64,000 nt of DNA from NCBI RefSeq assembly GCF_018350175.1, contig NC_058368.1, positions 57,104,001 to 57,168,000 of the forward strand, read 5' to 3'. The translations under genes were made by a program, and so were the position numbers. Positions 11,438-24,829 of the stretch are shown in pieces. The notes beneath the pieces were generated by a model, which was given only the letters and a program-made list of their open reading frames with translations, was not told the DNA's origin and ran no database searches. The stretch's first letter is position 1, and the number at the start of each line of letters is the position of its first letter. Source of the DNA: Felis catus (lineage: Eukaryota).

Positions 11438-13542
11438 TTCAATCATATCTTTTTAAAGAATCATCAATATTGAGTATTTAAATAAAAAATTTCACATCCT
11501 TGTCCTGTTGAAATGTTGTACATGGTCATTCACTCTTATGCTCAAGATATTATTTATTGGAACTTTATGAGTTTCTAAGAACTATGGCAGGTCTAAACCC
11601 AGTGATATTTGCTCAAAGCACAACCACCTTTGGGATCAGATACTAGCAATAAAGGCTCTGAGTTTCATTCCCACAACTAATACTCTAACTATGTCTTACT
11701 ATATAATATCTTTCAATGAATTACTTCATTTAATTTATAACAGAATTTGAAGTCTAAATAGCAGTCAGATCAATTTATAATATTTTTCAATGAATGGCTT
11801 CAGTTCACTTAGAATTTAAAGATTCAGACTTGAAGCTGGAACAGTTTTTAAAATATTACTTGACATTTTAGTATAAGAGTTAAAACTTTTGTAAATAGGT
11901 AGCTATTTAGGGCAGTTTGTGCAAGGGGGAAAATCCCATCTCTGACTAAATTGACAGGTTTGAAGTTGAGGTGTTTGTGAGAGAGAATTGCTCTTTATGG
12001 CAACTCTGTGTTTAAAGGATTGGTGGTACACTAATTAGCCTCCTGTCCTGGCTATTGATGCAAAGAATACAAAATACGTGCTAGTATTCATGATGGTGCA
12101 ATTTGAAGCTGATGAAGTCAATGCAAATGTCATGTATGGGATTTTTCAGGGAGACCGGAGGGGCTGGAATAGTGACAGAGTGTTCCTCTATGAAAGAAGT
12201 GTTTGTGCACACTGCTAAAATGAACTACTTGTTGCTGTGCTCAGCTGGCCCAAATCCACAAATTTTAGACCTCACATGTTCTTAGCTTCCCTTTGTTTGG
12301 CATACTATACTGTATTTTTAGCATTTACAGAGATTCCTGACATCCTTCAAACATCCAAAACACAGTGATATTGTTATTTTTGTTATTGATCCATTCTAGC
12401 AGAGTTAAGTCAAATTCTATTACTTTAAGGGCATGTAGATATATTGCGGATACTAACATGAAATCAAAATATTTCTTTTGCACTGATCACCTATTTTTTT
12501 ATAGAAATGCATTTTTGTGTTAATATGCACATTCGTGTTAGTCTCTTTTCTCTATCTTTCGAAAATATAATGTGGCAATGCTTTACATTTCACAACACAG
12601 TAGTTTGAGAAGTTTTTTATTAGAATTTTAAAAGTTTGTTTTACCCAGAAACAGTTACCAAGCAAATCTTTATGCACTGTTATTTCAGCTCCAAAGTAGA
12701 ATAGAATCAAGCCATGGTTTAGATATGTGTGCATGTGTGTGTGTGTGTATCTGTATTTTTATAAAAAATATGATGGCTATAGAAAACAACCTCTTCTTTA
12801 TTCTACTATTAAGTAAGTATATGATTATTAAAGTCAATAGGACTTTACCAGTTTTTAACTTAAAATGGTGATATTCCTAGATAGTAAAACAGACAAGGAA
12901 TGTAAAAACAAAACAAAACAAATAGCAATCAAGGCTAGAAATGCATTTTAGATATTAAGCCAGACATAAAACATATTTGAGAAGCTAATTTTAAGCTGGC
13001 TATGATAAAATTTCAAAAGCAATAGAAATCTTTTATTAGCTAAATATGGGTCAATTATAAACTGTTAAGGATTACTGAGCCAGATATAAATTTTGAGAAT
13101 GTATTAACTTTAACTTTGTCATTCTGAATTAAGCATATTACTAAAATTACAGAAATGCTTACATTTTTTAAAGGCCAGGGATAATATTCTAAGGAAATTT
13201 TAAGAGAATAGCTCTTCAGTAGGATAGCTTGTTAAGAGTTTATATTAAATAATCACTAGCTAATAACAAATATAAATTTATGAAATGGGACATTTTCATT
13301 TGGAAAAATATATAAAAATTATAAACTTATTTATAATTATAAAATTATTAAATAAGATTTTACCATAATAAACATTGATATAATATTGTAATAAAAGGCC
13401 CAAAATATTTTAAGTTAAACCAAATATTAGAAAAATTAAGTGATGAATATACAAAGCTGCAAAATTGTCACCAAAATATCAATTAAAGTTAAATCTGTGT
13501 AACTCTTTCCCTCAAGACATGCAAAATAGAAAACAAAATACC

Positions 13543-13730
13543 CAGTGATTCTTACACTTCAGTTTGTATTAAAATCATCTGGAAGGCTTGTTAAAAGACA
13601 CATCACCCGGCCCCACCTCCAAGTTATTGATTCAGTGGGTCTGGGTTAGGGCCTGAGAAGTTACATTTCTAACAAGCTTCTAAGTGATACCAGTGCAGCT
13701 GACATGAACACCACACTTTGAGAATTCCCA
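13543..13730. mobile_element. MER5A hAT-Charlie DNA transposon, about full length
   Basis: CAGTGATTCTTACAC...TTTGAGAATTCCCA termini; internal GATTCAGTGGGTCTGGGTTAGGGCCTGAGAA...ATTTCTAACAAGC; ~190 bp. Confidence 0.9.
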
Positions 13731-13933
13731 GATTAATAAAAAGATAAGGAGTTACTGGCACACAACAATGGCAAAAAATGCAAAGTCAAATTAAATTTTC
13801 TCTATTCTCAAGAATATGATTGTATTTTAGTTTTCACTAATTTGTTAAACTGTGTGAACCAAGTAAGACACAAACATTCTGTGACTTTGTCCCTTCCTCC
13901 AGTCATGCACAGATTCTATAACGTTATGGTTCT

Positions 13934-14895
13934 TGTCAGGTTTGAAAATATGAGACAAATTTAATCAAGTGTAATAGTCTAATCTCCTATCTCATTCAAT
14001 GCTTTCTATACTTCTCTGCCTAAGTCAGGCTCAACTCTGGCCCTAGTAACCCACATGGGGTAGGGGATATGTTCTGCTTTCTCACTGCTTTCTTTCTCTC
14101 TCTTCAGTTCCATTCTCCTTCACTAGGTCAGGATTGGAAAAAGAGGAGTAGAAAGGAACAAGTGTCTCTCTAGGCTGCAAATTTTTTTCTCACTCCTCTA
14201 GGTGATCACTGATGTTCTGTGTAACAACGGTGTGAAGGCTGGCTATCTCACTGTATGCATGGGTAAACTTACAGACAGGAGTTATGCAAAGATGGTGATT
14301 CCTTTGGCTTGCCTTCCTCCAACCCTTCAGCTACCATCCTACAGTCTTTTGTTCGCTTGGCAGCCAGCAGACTTGGCAGGCTTCCTGATTGAGATACCAG
14401 CAACATGCCTCAAATTTTATTTTCATGCACTATAAATACTAGAGAAAGCTTACGCATCCTGGCCACGTCAAGTGATGGTTATGCCTGCTGCTCCATTTTG
14501 TGTCTTCTTCCTGCCGAAGATTTTCACTTCAATTCCCTCCCTAGCTCCTGCTTAAATAAGCATATGTAGCTGATAGTTTAAGGAATAGACCTTCAAATGG
14601 AGAATGAAGGCAACCCTAAAACTCTGTGACTAGTTTTGTTGGAAACACTCTTACTTGGCTTGAAATGGAGGGTTCAGAAGCTGGATTAGAATCAGGGGAG
14701 CAGAGCCAAATTAGCCTCCCTTATTAAGTGCTGAAGTGGACGTCTGGCCTCCAATTCCTTGCTGCTTGATGCTTCTCAGCCTCCAATTTTGGATTCCATC
14801 ATCAATTTTGGGCAGTAATAGAGGTGCAACTGAGCATTCTGTTGTATTATTAAAATGATATGATAAAAATTTCATCTCAGAACCAAATCATGAAA
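13934..14895 (-). mobile_element. Possible ancient LTR (LTR78/79-like)
   Basis: TGTCAGG left end and degenerate CATGAAA right end; minus-strand start TTTGGTTCTGAGATGAAATTTT resembles this group; higher GC than the flanks. Confidence 0.4.
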
Positions 14896-15264
14896 ATCTA
14901 ATTCAATGTCTCAAAAAGTTTTGGTAGGGAAGATGGAGAATTTTACAATTTAAAATTAGTGATTTGATGAGAACATGTTAAAATTCAGGTAGAATCAAAA
15001 AGACAATTCAATGGTGGGAATAGTCTGTTTACATAATGGCTACACTGAGTACATTTTTTTTCAGCAAAGGTGTCTATGAGATAGAAAGAAGCAAATGATT
15101 TCAGATAGATATTATGAAGACAGCCTGGTAGTGACTGGTGTAATAAAATCTTTAGACAGAAATACCTAGCTCTAGGTAGAATTAATATCTAGTTTTTCGG
15201 GTTACTGGCCTCTTTCTGGTATTCTCAAATCAAAGTCCTTCCAGTTACAAACTGGCAGCGAAGC

Positions 15265-15390
15265 ATCAAGCTATTTAACTATTCATCTCATTTTCTAACA
15301 TGTGAAATGGGAATATACCATTCCTTAGGACCGGTGTGATAATTAGGAGAGATAACTTACAGGAAGTGCTTGCCCAGTGTCAATGTGAGT
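15265..15390 (+). mobile_element. MIR fragment
   Basis: CAAGCTATTTAACT...CTCATTTTCTAACATGTGAAATGGGAATA core; AAGTGCTTGCCCAGTG. Confidence 0.65.
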
Positions 15391-16569
15391 ACTATTGGTA
15401 GAGTCCAGCAGGGTCTACTAGAAGTCAAGTAAGAACACAAACCATTAGACCTGAATTTTAAAATAATCAGAAAGTTTCGCAGAGACTTAAATCCCAGGAA
15501 ACTAGGACTCAAAATCAATGTGCATAAGAATCACCTGGAAGGGTAAAGTGCAGATCTCTTTATGGCTAGGATGAAGCCAAAATAGAGTAAATCAAAAGCT
15601 ATTCTGTTCATTGTTTTTCCAACAACACTTTGAAAATGGGAGAGAGGAGTTGATGTTGGTTAGTGGAATACCCTGAGAGAAGGGAATAAACGCATGGGAC
15701 AGGACTGGAGATGAGTGGTACTAAAAACTTTAGGATCAACCATATGTTAAAATTCAAATTTGAACTACACCATCTGATGCACTTGTTATCCTATACATAT
15801 GTTTAGAGATATCTGGACCCACGCACTTTTCTTCAACTTCCCAGTCTATAGTGTGCAATAGTTAGGGCAGGTATTGTAAGTATTGGTATTACATAGGGTT
15901 AATCTGCTATCTGCCACATAGGGTTACACTGCATCTGGTTTTTGTCATAGATTCTACGGAGCTTATGCTTTCAAGACAGTGAACTTAAACATGTTCTAGT
16001 AATGGGGGAAAAATTAAAGGCAAAATATTTCCTATGTCCCAATCCCTTTCTTTTAAAACAAAACAGACTCATTAATTGGAGCTAAGCTACAGGGTTCTGT
16101 TAAATAAATGTAACAAAAGTCATTTCTACCAATTGTGTAAAGGATAATTATGATTTTTGGTTATTTTGCAGTCATCCACTTTATTACAGCTTGGTAAAAA
16201 TATTCTATTAGGACAATCAAGACATTGCTAAAGTACTCTAAGAAATATTCTAATTATTAAATAATTCAAGAAATTTCATTTGTTTCTCATTTATTACAAG
16301 CAGAGTATTTGTTCCTGATTTATTTCTGCCTCAAATCATAAATGGAACAAGTGATTTCAGTACAGTTTTAATTCCTACATATGGTAAATATATAGGAATT
16401 AAATTAAATTACAGGCATAGACGGTCTCTAATCTCCAATTCCACCTGCTCTTCAAACATGCCTTTTGCTAAGAAGTCGAGAGACCACACAGAAACCCAAG
16501 GAATCCATGGAGAACTGTATCTTCAGAGCGTGCAGCATAATTTTAACACGTTTTAATTTTAATTATTCT

Positions 16570-16690
16570 GATGCTCACTTCCCCCCATTTTATAGGTAAA
16601 GAAAACAAGAAGAAATACAATTTAAGTAGTTGTCACAAGATCATGGATTAGAACAGCCCTCACCTCAGCTTTGTTCTCCATGTCCTTTCA
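16570..16690 (-). mobile_element. MIR fragment
   Basis: CCCCATTTTATAGGTAAAGAAAAC...TTAAGTAGTTGTCACAAGATCA. Confidence 0.5.
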
Positions 16691-16704
16691 GCAGCTTCGG
16701 CATC

Positions 16705-17075
16705 TATTATGGTCTGAATTTGTCCCCTCAAAATTCATATGTTCAGGTCTCAAGCCTCTCTGAGGTAAGGTGTTTAAAGAGGGGATTAAAGTAAAGTGAG
16801 ACATTTGGCCTTGGCCCTAATTCAATCTCCTTGGTGTCCATATAAAATGAGGAGATTAAGACACACAGAGAGACACCAGGGATGGAGACCATGTGAGGAC
16901 ACATCAAGAAGGTGACCTTCTGCAAGTCAAGGAGAAAGGCCTCTGGAGAAGCCAACCCTGCCGATACCTTGATTTTGGACTTCCAGCCTTCAGAAATGTG
17001 AGAAAATACATTTCTACTGTCTAAGCTTCTCGGTCTGTGGTATTTCATTATGGCATGCCTAGAAAAGATAATATA
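16705..17075 (+). mobile_element. MaLR solo LTR (MLT1A/B-like)
   Basis: TATTATGGTCTGAATTTGTCCCCTCAAAATTCATATGTT start; ACCTTGATTTTGGACTTCCAGCCT...GTCTGTGGTATTTCATTATGGCA end. Confidence 0.9.
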
Positions 17076-19842
17076 TCATTCTGGCCTCAGACAGCTTGTT
17101 CTTCAACAACAAATACTTGTAGAAACTCAGCAATGAAAGTGCTGGCCATGTCATATAAGAAAAAGTGGTTACATTGTAAAGTACTTCAGCAGGTAAATTC
17201 AAGAAGGTCACTATATTCAAGAATAGGCTCTCTGTTTTGATGTTCTGAAACATTAATATTATCATAGCCTGGGGTGTTTTAGTCTCGGGACCATGATTAT
17301 TCATAAAGAATACAATGGTTAATCATTTGCTAGCAATAGGAAGTAGAGAGATAAAGACTATCAAAGGAAGTAGAGAAATGAGACTTTTTTAACCACCAGT
17401 GCCTTAGACACAGTGACTACAGGCTAGGCACTTTTCAATTACCTGAGATTGTCCTTAGGTCATACAGTGCCTCTCTGATAGTATGTGCAGTAAATCCCTA
17501 AAACCAAACGAATCTTTTGCTAACCCCTCCCAGAAAGGCTCAAGCAAGCTGTGCTACATTATAGAATTAAACAATGTTCATAACCCAAGACAATTAAATC
17601 ATGATTTCTAGGTGGAACATGAACACTGCTCTATTCTAACTCTTCCCTGGCTGATTAAAATGTGAAGCAAGCATTGAGACCACTAGGCTAGAATCTTGCT
17701 TGGCACATATCTCCCTCATAAGTTAAGTGTTTCTCAAATATCGGAGGCTGTCACTTTTCCAGTATGTGGTGATATTCACATTGCCAGGTTGTGCCTCTGG
17801 TCAAGGACTCACCTTAAAATATGATCAATCCAGTCCTGGATGTCTTTTATTCATCAGGGACTGAAAGGGATTTATTCTAGTTTGAGAAGGCTGTTGCAAA
17901 TGTGGCGGGAAGATACACACTAGCTGAAGTATGTTTCTCCCTTGTATCTTATGATCCTCTCAAATTAGGCCTTGAGACAGAAGAATGGCATTGCCTTGAG
18001 GAAAGATTATAAACAGAAGAACTGGTAAATACTGAGATTTTAAGTTAAAAAAAAAAAACCTTCTGTATTATTGTAAAGCAGAAAGATATAGGAAATTGAA
18101 TCTTTGCTCCCGACCATATAATCCTCTGAACTGTGAAGAGAGAGAGCAGGATGGTATGTGAGGATATAGAGTCAGAACAAGGGAGATATGATACTTAGAT
18201 TATAATTTCTGCCTGCATTTTTTATTTTTGTTTGTTTGTTTTCAAGGTCTAGTCTTTTGGAGTGGGGAGTTGTGGATGGTACAACTCTATGTTTGGAGAA
18301 ATGATTTTAAAGAAGGCAGTGCTGCAAATTCCAGTTAAAGCCTTCTTTCAGTTATCATAGTGGCACTGTGTGTCCAAACCCTGAGAGCAGAGAATTCCTC
18401 AGATTCCTGCACTTCTTCAGTAGTGTAGGATTAGAATGAACACCTATGGTCCCACTTGCCACCCCCAAAGGAGGCACAGAAACTAACCATGAGAGAGAAC
18501 ACACAAACAGAAAATTTTACAAGGCCTCTCACTGTCAGTTAGAGGAGACATAGCAGCAGAAGTTGTGGAGAAAACATCCAAACGAGTCAGATGTGGGCAG
18601 TGATAAGCAGTTCACTGAATATTTTGCTAGAGGATCCTAAAAACTCCACAAAGGGAGGAGTGGGCAGGATGGGAGAGAATGACTCTTTAAGCAAGAAATA
18701 TCTGAGAAAAGTTACAAAAGTGACTTATTTGAAAGAATTTAAGCTCAGGTTTTTGTTTTGTTTCATTTCACCATATCAAAAAGAATAGGGAGAACTTCTG
18801 GTTATAGAGGTAAAAAGAGCTCAGAAAATAGTCTCCCCCAAAGCAAATTGGGATCTGAACAAAGTTGTTACAAATATCTATTTCAAGATTCTGGGAGTTG
18901 GTCAAAGGCCAAACAACAAACACAAACAGAAGCAGTTTCTTATGCTGTACCATTGAATTTGGGGTAACAACAGTGGGAGTCTGAGTCATTATTGCTAGGG
19001 GTGCTCCTGTCCCCACCATCTCAGTCAGCATATAGCTCTACCAGAGCAGTGCCAACTGTGAAAACCGGAAGTTTCACTGGAGGAGGAAGTAGACTTAATT
19101 TGTTTCACAGAATGGAAAGTCCAACCCTAACAATATTCCCAATAAAAGTAGCAAACTCACTTGGAAACAAATACAGAAAGCCTGTAGCTCTTTAGCTTAA
19201 GGTTAAAACCATCATGAGTGGAATGCGTGGAAGTCCCCCAGACAATCAAAACTCTTAGCAGAGTGATCCTAGAAATTAAGAGCAAAAGTCGAGTTAGACA
19301 AGCTTTTCCCTAGTCGTGGCTTGATGGGTAGCTATATGTCCATTAAGGAGGAGATTCAGATGGGCCCAAGATCTCCAGGAAATGACAGTGGAATAGGAGA
19401 CTTTGCATATGCACATGGGAGATGGGAGAGGCCTGAGTGGAAAGACTTGAAAACTGCCTGATGTTGGAAATACTTTCCAATCAGGTATAAAGAGCTACTG
19501 TAAGAGAGTGGAAATCTTACTGGCTTTAGGCTTGAGCAGACTCTTTCATCAACGATTGGTTGCCTACCAAGCAAACATAGGTACAACCATTAGGAATTGA
19601 GGCTAAAAATATAAGAATAAAAACAACTGAGCAGAAGCATCAGTGACCACACACTGCAGAGGAGAGAGTCCATATTTAAGTCCAGGAAAGTTACAGCATA
19701 AAGGAAAGCAAAGCAAAATAACAAAAATTAGCAATGGCTATAACTCTTCTCTGTTAAAAAAAAAAAATCAGAATCCCGAAATGCTACAATATGCTCTGTA
19801 AAAGGTAAAGTTTCCAACAGAGAAGTAAGAGACATGTAAAGA

Positions 19843-19961
19843 GGGGCACCTCAGTTGGTTAAGCCTCAGACTTTGGCTCAGGTCATGATCTTGTGGTCTG
19901 TGAGTTTGAGCCCAGGGTCGGGCTCTGTGTTAACAGCTCAGAGCCTGGAGCCTGCTTCAGA

Positions 19962-19996
<35 letters not shown>

Positions 19997-20027
19997 TCAA
20001 ATAATTAAACATTTAAAAAATTAAAAA
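19843..20027 (+). mobile_element. Can-SINE with small 5' deletion and (TG)n replacing the CT tract
   Basis: GGGGCACC|TCAGTTGGTTAAG head; (TG)n ~19965-19994; TSD GAGACATGTAAAGA. Confidence 0.93.
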
Positions 20028-21102
20028 TGAGACATGTAAAGAAATAAAAGAGTGTAAACTTTATATATTCAAAGAATCAAAGGAAATGATCCTTAAAGAA
20101 TTATAAACAATGTGAAAATGTTTTAGCAAAAGGTAATATCAATAAACAATAAAAATTCTATAAATATACAAATGAAAATTCTAGTGTGAAAAGTAAAAAA
20201 AAATTTAATTTAGATATGCTTAATAGCAGGTATTAGATGGCAGAATAATAAATCGATGAACATGAATATGGATCAATAGAATGTGCATAATCTGAAGAAC
20301 AGAAAGAAACAAAGATGAAAGAAAAATAAACAGAAGCTCAGAGACCCAGAACACAGTATCAGGCACACCACCACAGATACATTTGGAGAGAGAGACAGGG
20401 GGCAGGATTAAAAATTAAGGATGATGACACTCAATTGGCCAAATTTGATTTATAAAATGATGCCACAGAAGTTTAAAGCCAAAGAGATCCACACCCAGAT
20501 ACAGAATAGACAAGCTGTCAATAGCCAAAAACAAAGGAAAAAGACTTGAAAGAACAAATAGAAAAACAATTCACCACGCAGAAGGCAACACCAATAAGAT
20601 TAATTTCTGAGTTCTCATCGAAACAACTAGAGGTAAAAGCTAGAGAACAGCATGTTCAGAAAATACACACCCACACCTACACCCTGCCACCCATCCACAC
20701 ACACACTTTAACCTTCAAAATAAGTGAAATAAAGGTATTCCTGGATAAACAAAAGCTGTGATAAATTGTTGCTAGTATACCTGTCATTCCAGGTATAGTA
20801 AAGGAGACTGTCAGGCTGAAAGGAAATGACACCAGATGTTGACACAAATACATAGGAAGAAATCAAGGGTACTGGAAATGATAAATATCTGGGTAAATAT
20901 AAATTATTTTATAAATATATCTTTTCTTCTTTTAATGTCTTTAAAAGACACATGGTTCTATAAGGCAATAATTATAATGCTGTATTTTTCAGATCAAATA
21001 TATAGATGCAAGATACATAAAAATTATAGCACAAAAGGAGGTGGGATAGAGTTCTATTAGTGTGAAATTATTGTATTTAACCAGAATTAAGCCAGTATTA
21101 AT

Positions 21103-21560
21103 TGTTGGGAGGCAATTCCCCACGGGTCCCTCACATCCCCATCTATCTTGTCAGCAGAGACATTTCTGCATTTAATTTGGACTACCCCTTCAAGGACATT
21201 TGTATAAGGAACAGCCTTGGAAGTAAGAGATGGCATCTTCCCACTGGAACAAAACAGAGGGGAACTTCGTTGCTGTATATAAGATCTGAGTAAGCTAACC
21301 TCACGGTTTCCTTCCTGTAACGAAACTCACTGTGTTTGCAAGTGCCGCTTGACCTTTTTCGGTTTGCCCTGTGGGAAATAGTCCTCAAAGAACCAGGCAT
21401 GGGAATGCTGATCCTTCGGTTTCCACTATTGCTTTGAGTAAGAAAGTCCTTTGCTTCTTTCTCGTGAGTCACATGTTCCCTGTTAATACCCATGATACTG
21501 TTGCACACTATTTGTTATTGAAAGTAAAGCAAAATCTCAAAACATCGACAGTTCTTAAGA
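21103..21560 (+). mobile_element. ERVL-class solo LTR (LTR47-like) inserted in the L1
   Basis: TGTTGGGAGGCAATTCCCCACGGGTC start; GGACTACCCCTTCAAGGACATTTGTATA...AACAGCCTTGGAAG; end ACAGTTCTTAAGA; 5-bp TSD TTAAT/TTAAC. Confidence 0.75.
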
Positions 21561-24500
21561 TTAACTTGAAGCAGAATGCAATATATTAAAATACATTAAA
21601 AAAACTAAAAATATACTAGTGAAAAATCACCAGGGAAATGAAAATGGGCACTAAAAAGTAGCTAACACAAAATACAAGAGTAAGAAGGAACAGAGGAAGA
21701 AAAAGATATGAGAACTATAAAAAAAATAACAAAATTATAGACAGAAATTCAAACATACTGATAATTATATTAAATGAGTTTTGGCAAGTTATGCAATTGA
21801 AGTGCAAGATGAAAAAGCAAGATTTAGTGAATGCTGTCCACAAGAAATACATTGAGACCAAAAACACCAATAGGTGGAAAGTAAAAGGGTAGATAAAGAT
21901 ACAAATGCCAAATAGTGATCACAAATGTATGAGAATAGCTATACTGATATCGAATACAATATAAGACAAAAATATTACTAGAAACAGAAATATTTAATAA
22001 TTATAAAATGTCCATAAGATAACAATTATAAACATGTGTGTATCTTAGCATAGGGATATGTTAATACATTAAGCAAAAACTGATGGCACCGAAAGGGTAT
22101 ATAGACAATTCATAATTATGGTTAGATATTGCAATGCCACATTCTCAATAATTACTAAAGCAACTATATACAACATCAGCATAGATATAGAATTCTTGAG
22201 CAATATTATTAAGCAGCTTGACCTGCCATTTACAGAACACAGCACACAAAACAAGGATAATACAGATTCTTCTCAAGTGTAGGTGAAATATTCTCCAGGA
22301 TATGATGTATGCTATATTATAAAACAAGACTCAAACTCAAAAGGGCTAAAATAATTGAAGCTATATTCTCTAAACATAATAGGATAAAATTGGACATAAA
22401 ATAAACAGCTGGGGAATCTTCAAATATTTGGAATTAATCAGCACAATTTTAAAGAAGTCTATATTTGAAAAAAGAAATAGTCAAGGAAATTAGAAAATAT
22501 TTTAATTGAATCAAAACAAAAACAAAATATCAAAATTTATCAGATCCTGATAAATAGTTTGTAGATATCTATGACTTTAAATGTCTCTATTTAAAAAGAG
22601 AGATAGTTATTTAATATAAACAGCAGCAATAGAGAAAATGGTCAAAGAAGGAGAAATTGAATTCAAGCATAAGAAATAAAATAATAGATATCCGAGAACT
22701 CAGAAAATCAATAAATGAAAAAACAAAATCTGATTTAAAAAAAAACACAAAAATTGACAAACTATTCTTTAAGGAAGATAAAAAGGACAAAACAAAAAAT
22801 ATAAAAATCAGATATTTAAAAAGCCATTACTTATGGCCCTGGAGAAATTCAAAGTCTTCTAAGGGCATGTCATGAACAATTTTTATGCCAGTAAATCAGA
22901 CAATTTAAATGAAATTAGCAAATTAATACAAAGACAACAGTTAACAAAACTGACTCAACAACAACAAAAAAAGAGATAATCTGGATATACCTATTACAGA
23001 TAAAGAAGTTAATGATAATAATTTTAAAAATCTCTCATGAAGACAGTTCCAGGCTCTATGAAATTCACTGGTAAGTTTTATCAAGTATTTAAAGAAGACA
23101 TATTACCAATCTTAACCTCTTAGAAATAGAGGAAACACTTTCCAGTTCTTTCTACAAAGACTATGTATCCTAGATATCAAAACAAGACACAAGGAAACTA
23201 TAGAAACTCCATGAACATAAATGCAGAAATTACTGACAAAACATCAGCAAGCTAAATCCCACAACACATAAAAAGTGTTATATATCAGGACAGATTGGAA
23301 TTTTTCCAGGAATGCAAGGTTTGTTCAATATCTGAGTATTAGTTAAGTAATAACAAAGGACAAAAACAAAAGCATTTAGCAAGATCCAACACCTATTAAT
23401 GATAAAAACTCATGACAAACCACAAGGGCAATATACCCATCTAATGAAAGCATTTATAAGAAACTACAGTATTGTATTTAATTACAAAAGACCGAATATT
23501 TTCACCCTAAGGTTCAGAACAAGGCAAGAATTTTGCTCTTATTACTATTCAAATATTGTATTGGAGAGACTAGCCAAATAAATAAAACAACAAAAACAAA
23601 TAAAAGGCATCCAGACTGGGAAGAAAAAAAAAAGTAAAACTGCCTTTATTTGCAGACAACATAACGTTGTATGTAGAAAATTCTAAAGAGCCTATGAAAA
23701 GACTACTAGAATTAAGAAGCATATTCAACAAAGTAGCAGGATACCACTACAACTACTACTACTACAAAAAGAAAACAAAAACAAAAAAATGATAAGCTAT
23801 GGATTGGGAGAAAATATTTGTAAATCCTATATCTAAAATAATTTTATTCAGAATATGTAAAGAATACTTACAACTCAATACTAAGAAGATAAACCAGCTT
23901 AAGAAAAAAAAAACAGATTTGAATAGACATTTCACCAAAGAAGATAAGTAGAGGCTAATAAGCATATCTTTAAGGAAATGCAAATTAAAATAATAGTGAA
24001 ATATCACTATATACCACTAGAATGGTGATTATCAGTAAGAGTGAGGATATCAAGTATTTGCACAAATGTGGGGAAACTGGGACCCTCACTCATTTTTGGT
24101 GGAAATATAAAGTGGTGCACGTAAAGTAGCACATAAAAAACAATATTAGGTGTAGTTAAAAGGCCAGACACAAAAGAGATCAGAATCCATTTATAAGGAA
24201 ATTCCAGAAAAGGCAAACCTATAAACACAGAAAGTTAATCAGTGGCTGTCCCATGCTAGGTGTAAGAACATCGATTGACTGCAAATATTCACAAGGAAAG
24301 TTTTTTGGGTGATGAAAACTATTTAAAACTGGACTGTGGTGATGGTTGTACCACTCTGTATATTTGCTAACTATAGGACACTTATATTTGGTGAATTTTA
24401 TGGCATTTAGATTATACCTCAATAAAGTGGTTTTGAAAGAAAAGTCTAGACATGCTACATCTAAGTTTAGTTACAAGAAAAACTGTTAACATTATATTTC

Positions 24501-24829
24501 AGATTCATGTGACTAAAATTGTTATCAGTGATGCTACTAAAACTACCATATCATGGCTAATAGCCTTTGGGACTTCCCATGATGCAAATCCCTTTGTTTC
24601 ATGTCATCTCATGCTCATGTCTATTCGTACTTCTCATTAATTCTACTTCATTAACACAAATTTCAATGTCCCACTCTTACCCAAATCTTTTCATGATTCT
24701 CTAAGAAGGCACCATTCTGTACATAGAAATTATGTCCAAAAACTCTTCACTAAGGGATCTTGAATCTCATCTTCAAAATAGATTTTCCCCTGAGCGTCCT
24801 GTCTCCTTCCTGTGTAACCCTGTGAAGTA

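Larger units (their letters stand above)
19100..24432 (+). mobile_element. Large decayed L1M element (5' region, ORF1, ORF2 EN and RT, L1MB-like 3' end) with internal deletions and nested insertions
   Basis: ORF1 remnants ~20050-20830; EN motifs TGCTGTCCACAAGAAATACAT (CCLQETH-like, ~21832) and TTCTCTAAACATAAT (FSDHN-like, ~22366); RT TTATTTGCAGACAACATA (LFADDM-like, ~23646); 3' UTR ending ATTATACCTCAATAAAG; 5' boundary uncertain, may extend to ~18300. Confidence 0.85.

Noticed and set aside
11000..11473. Longest ORF in the track (157 aa)
   Set aside because: Runs through AT/TG low-complexity DNA and an antisense SINE; the GRGRERGRHR stretch is the SINE GA tract.
15891..15938. Diverged ~25-bp direct repeat ACATAGGGTTA...CTGC.ATCTG
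   Set aside because: Only two imperfect copies; an ordinary old local duplication.
17807..17876. Minus-strand perfect donor AAG|GTGAGT with a possible 48-nt exon (17860-17813)
   Set aside because: Stops in all three frames, a short pyrimidine tract and no partner exon; cannot be supported.
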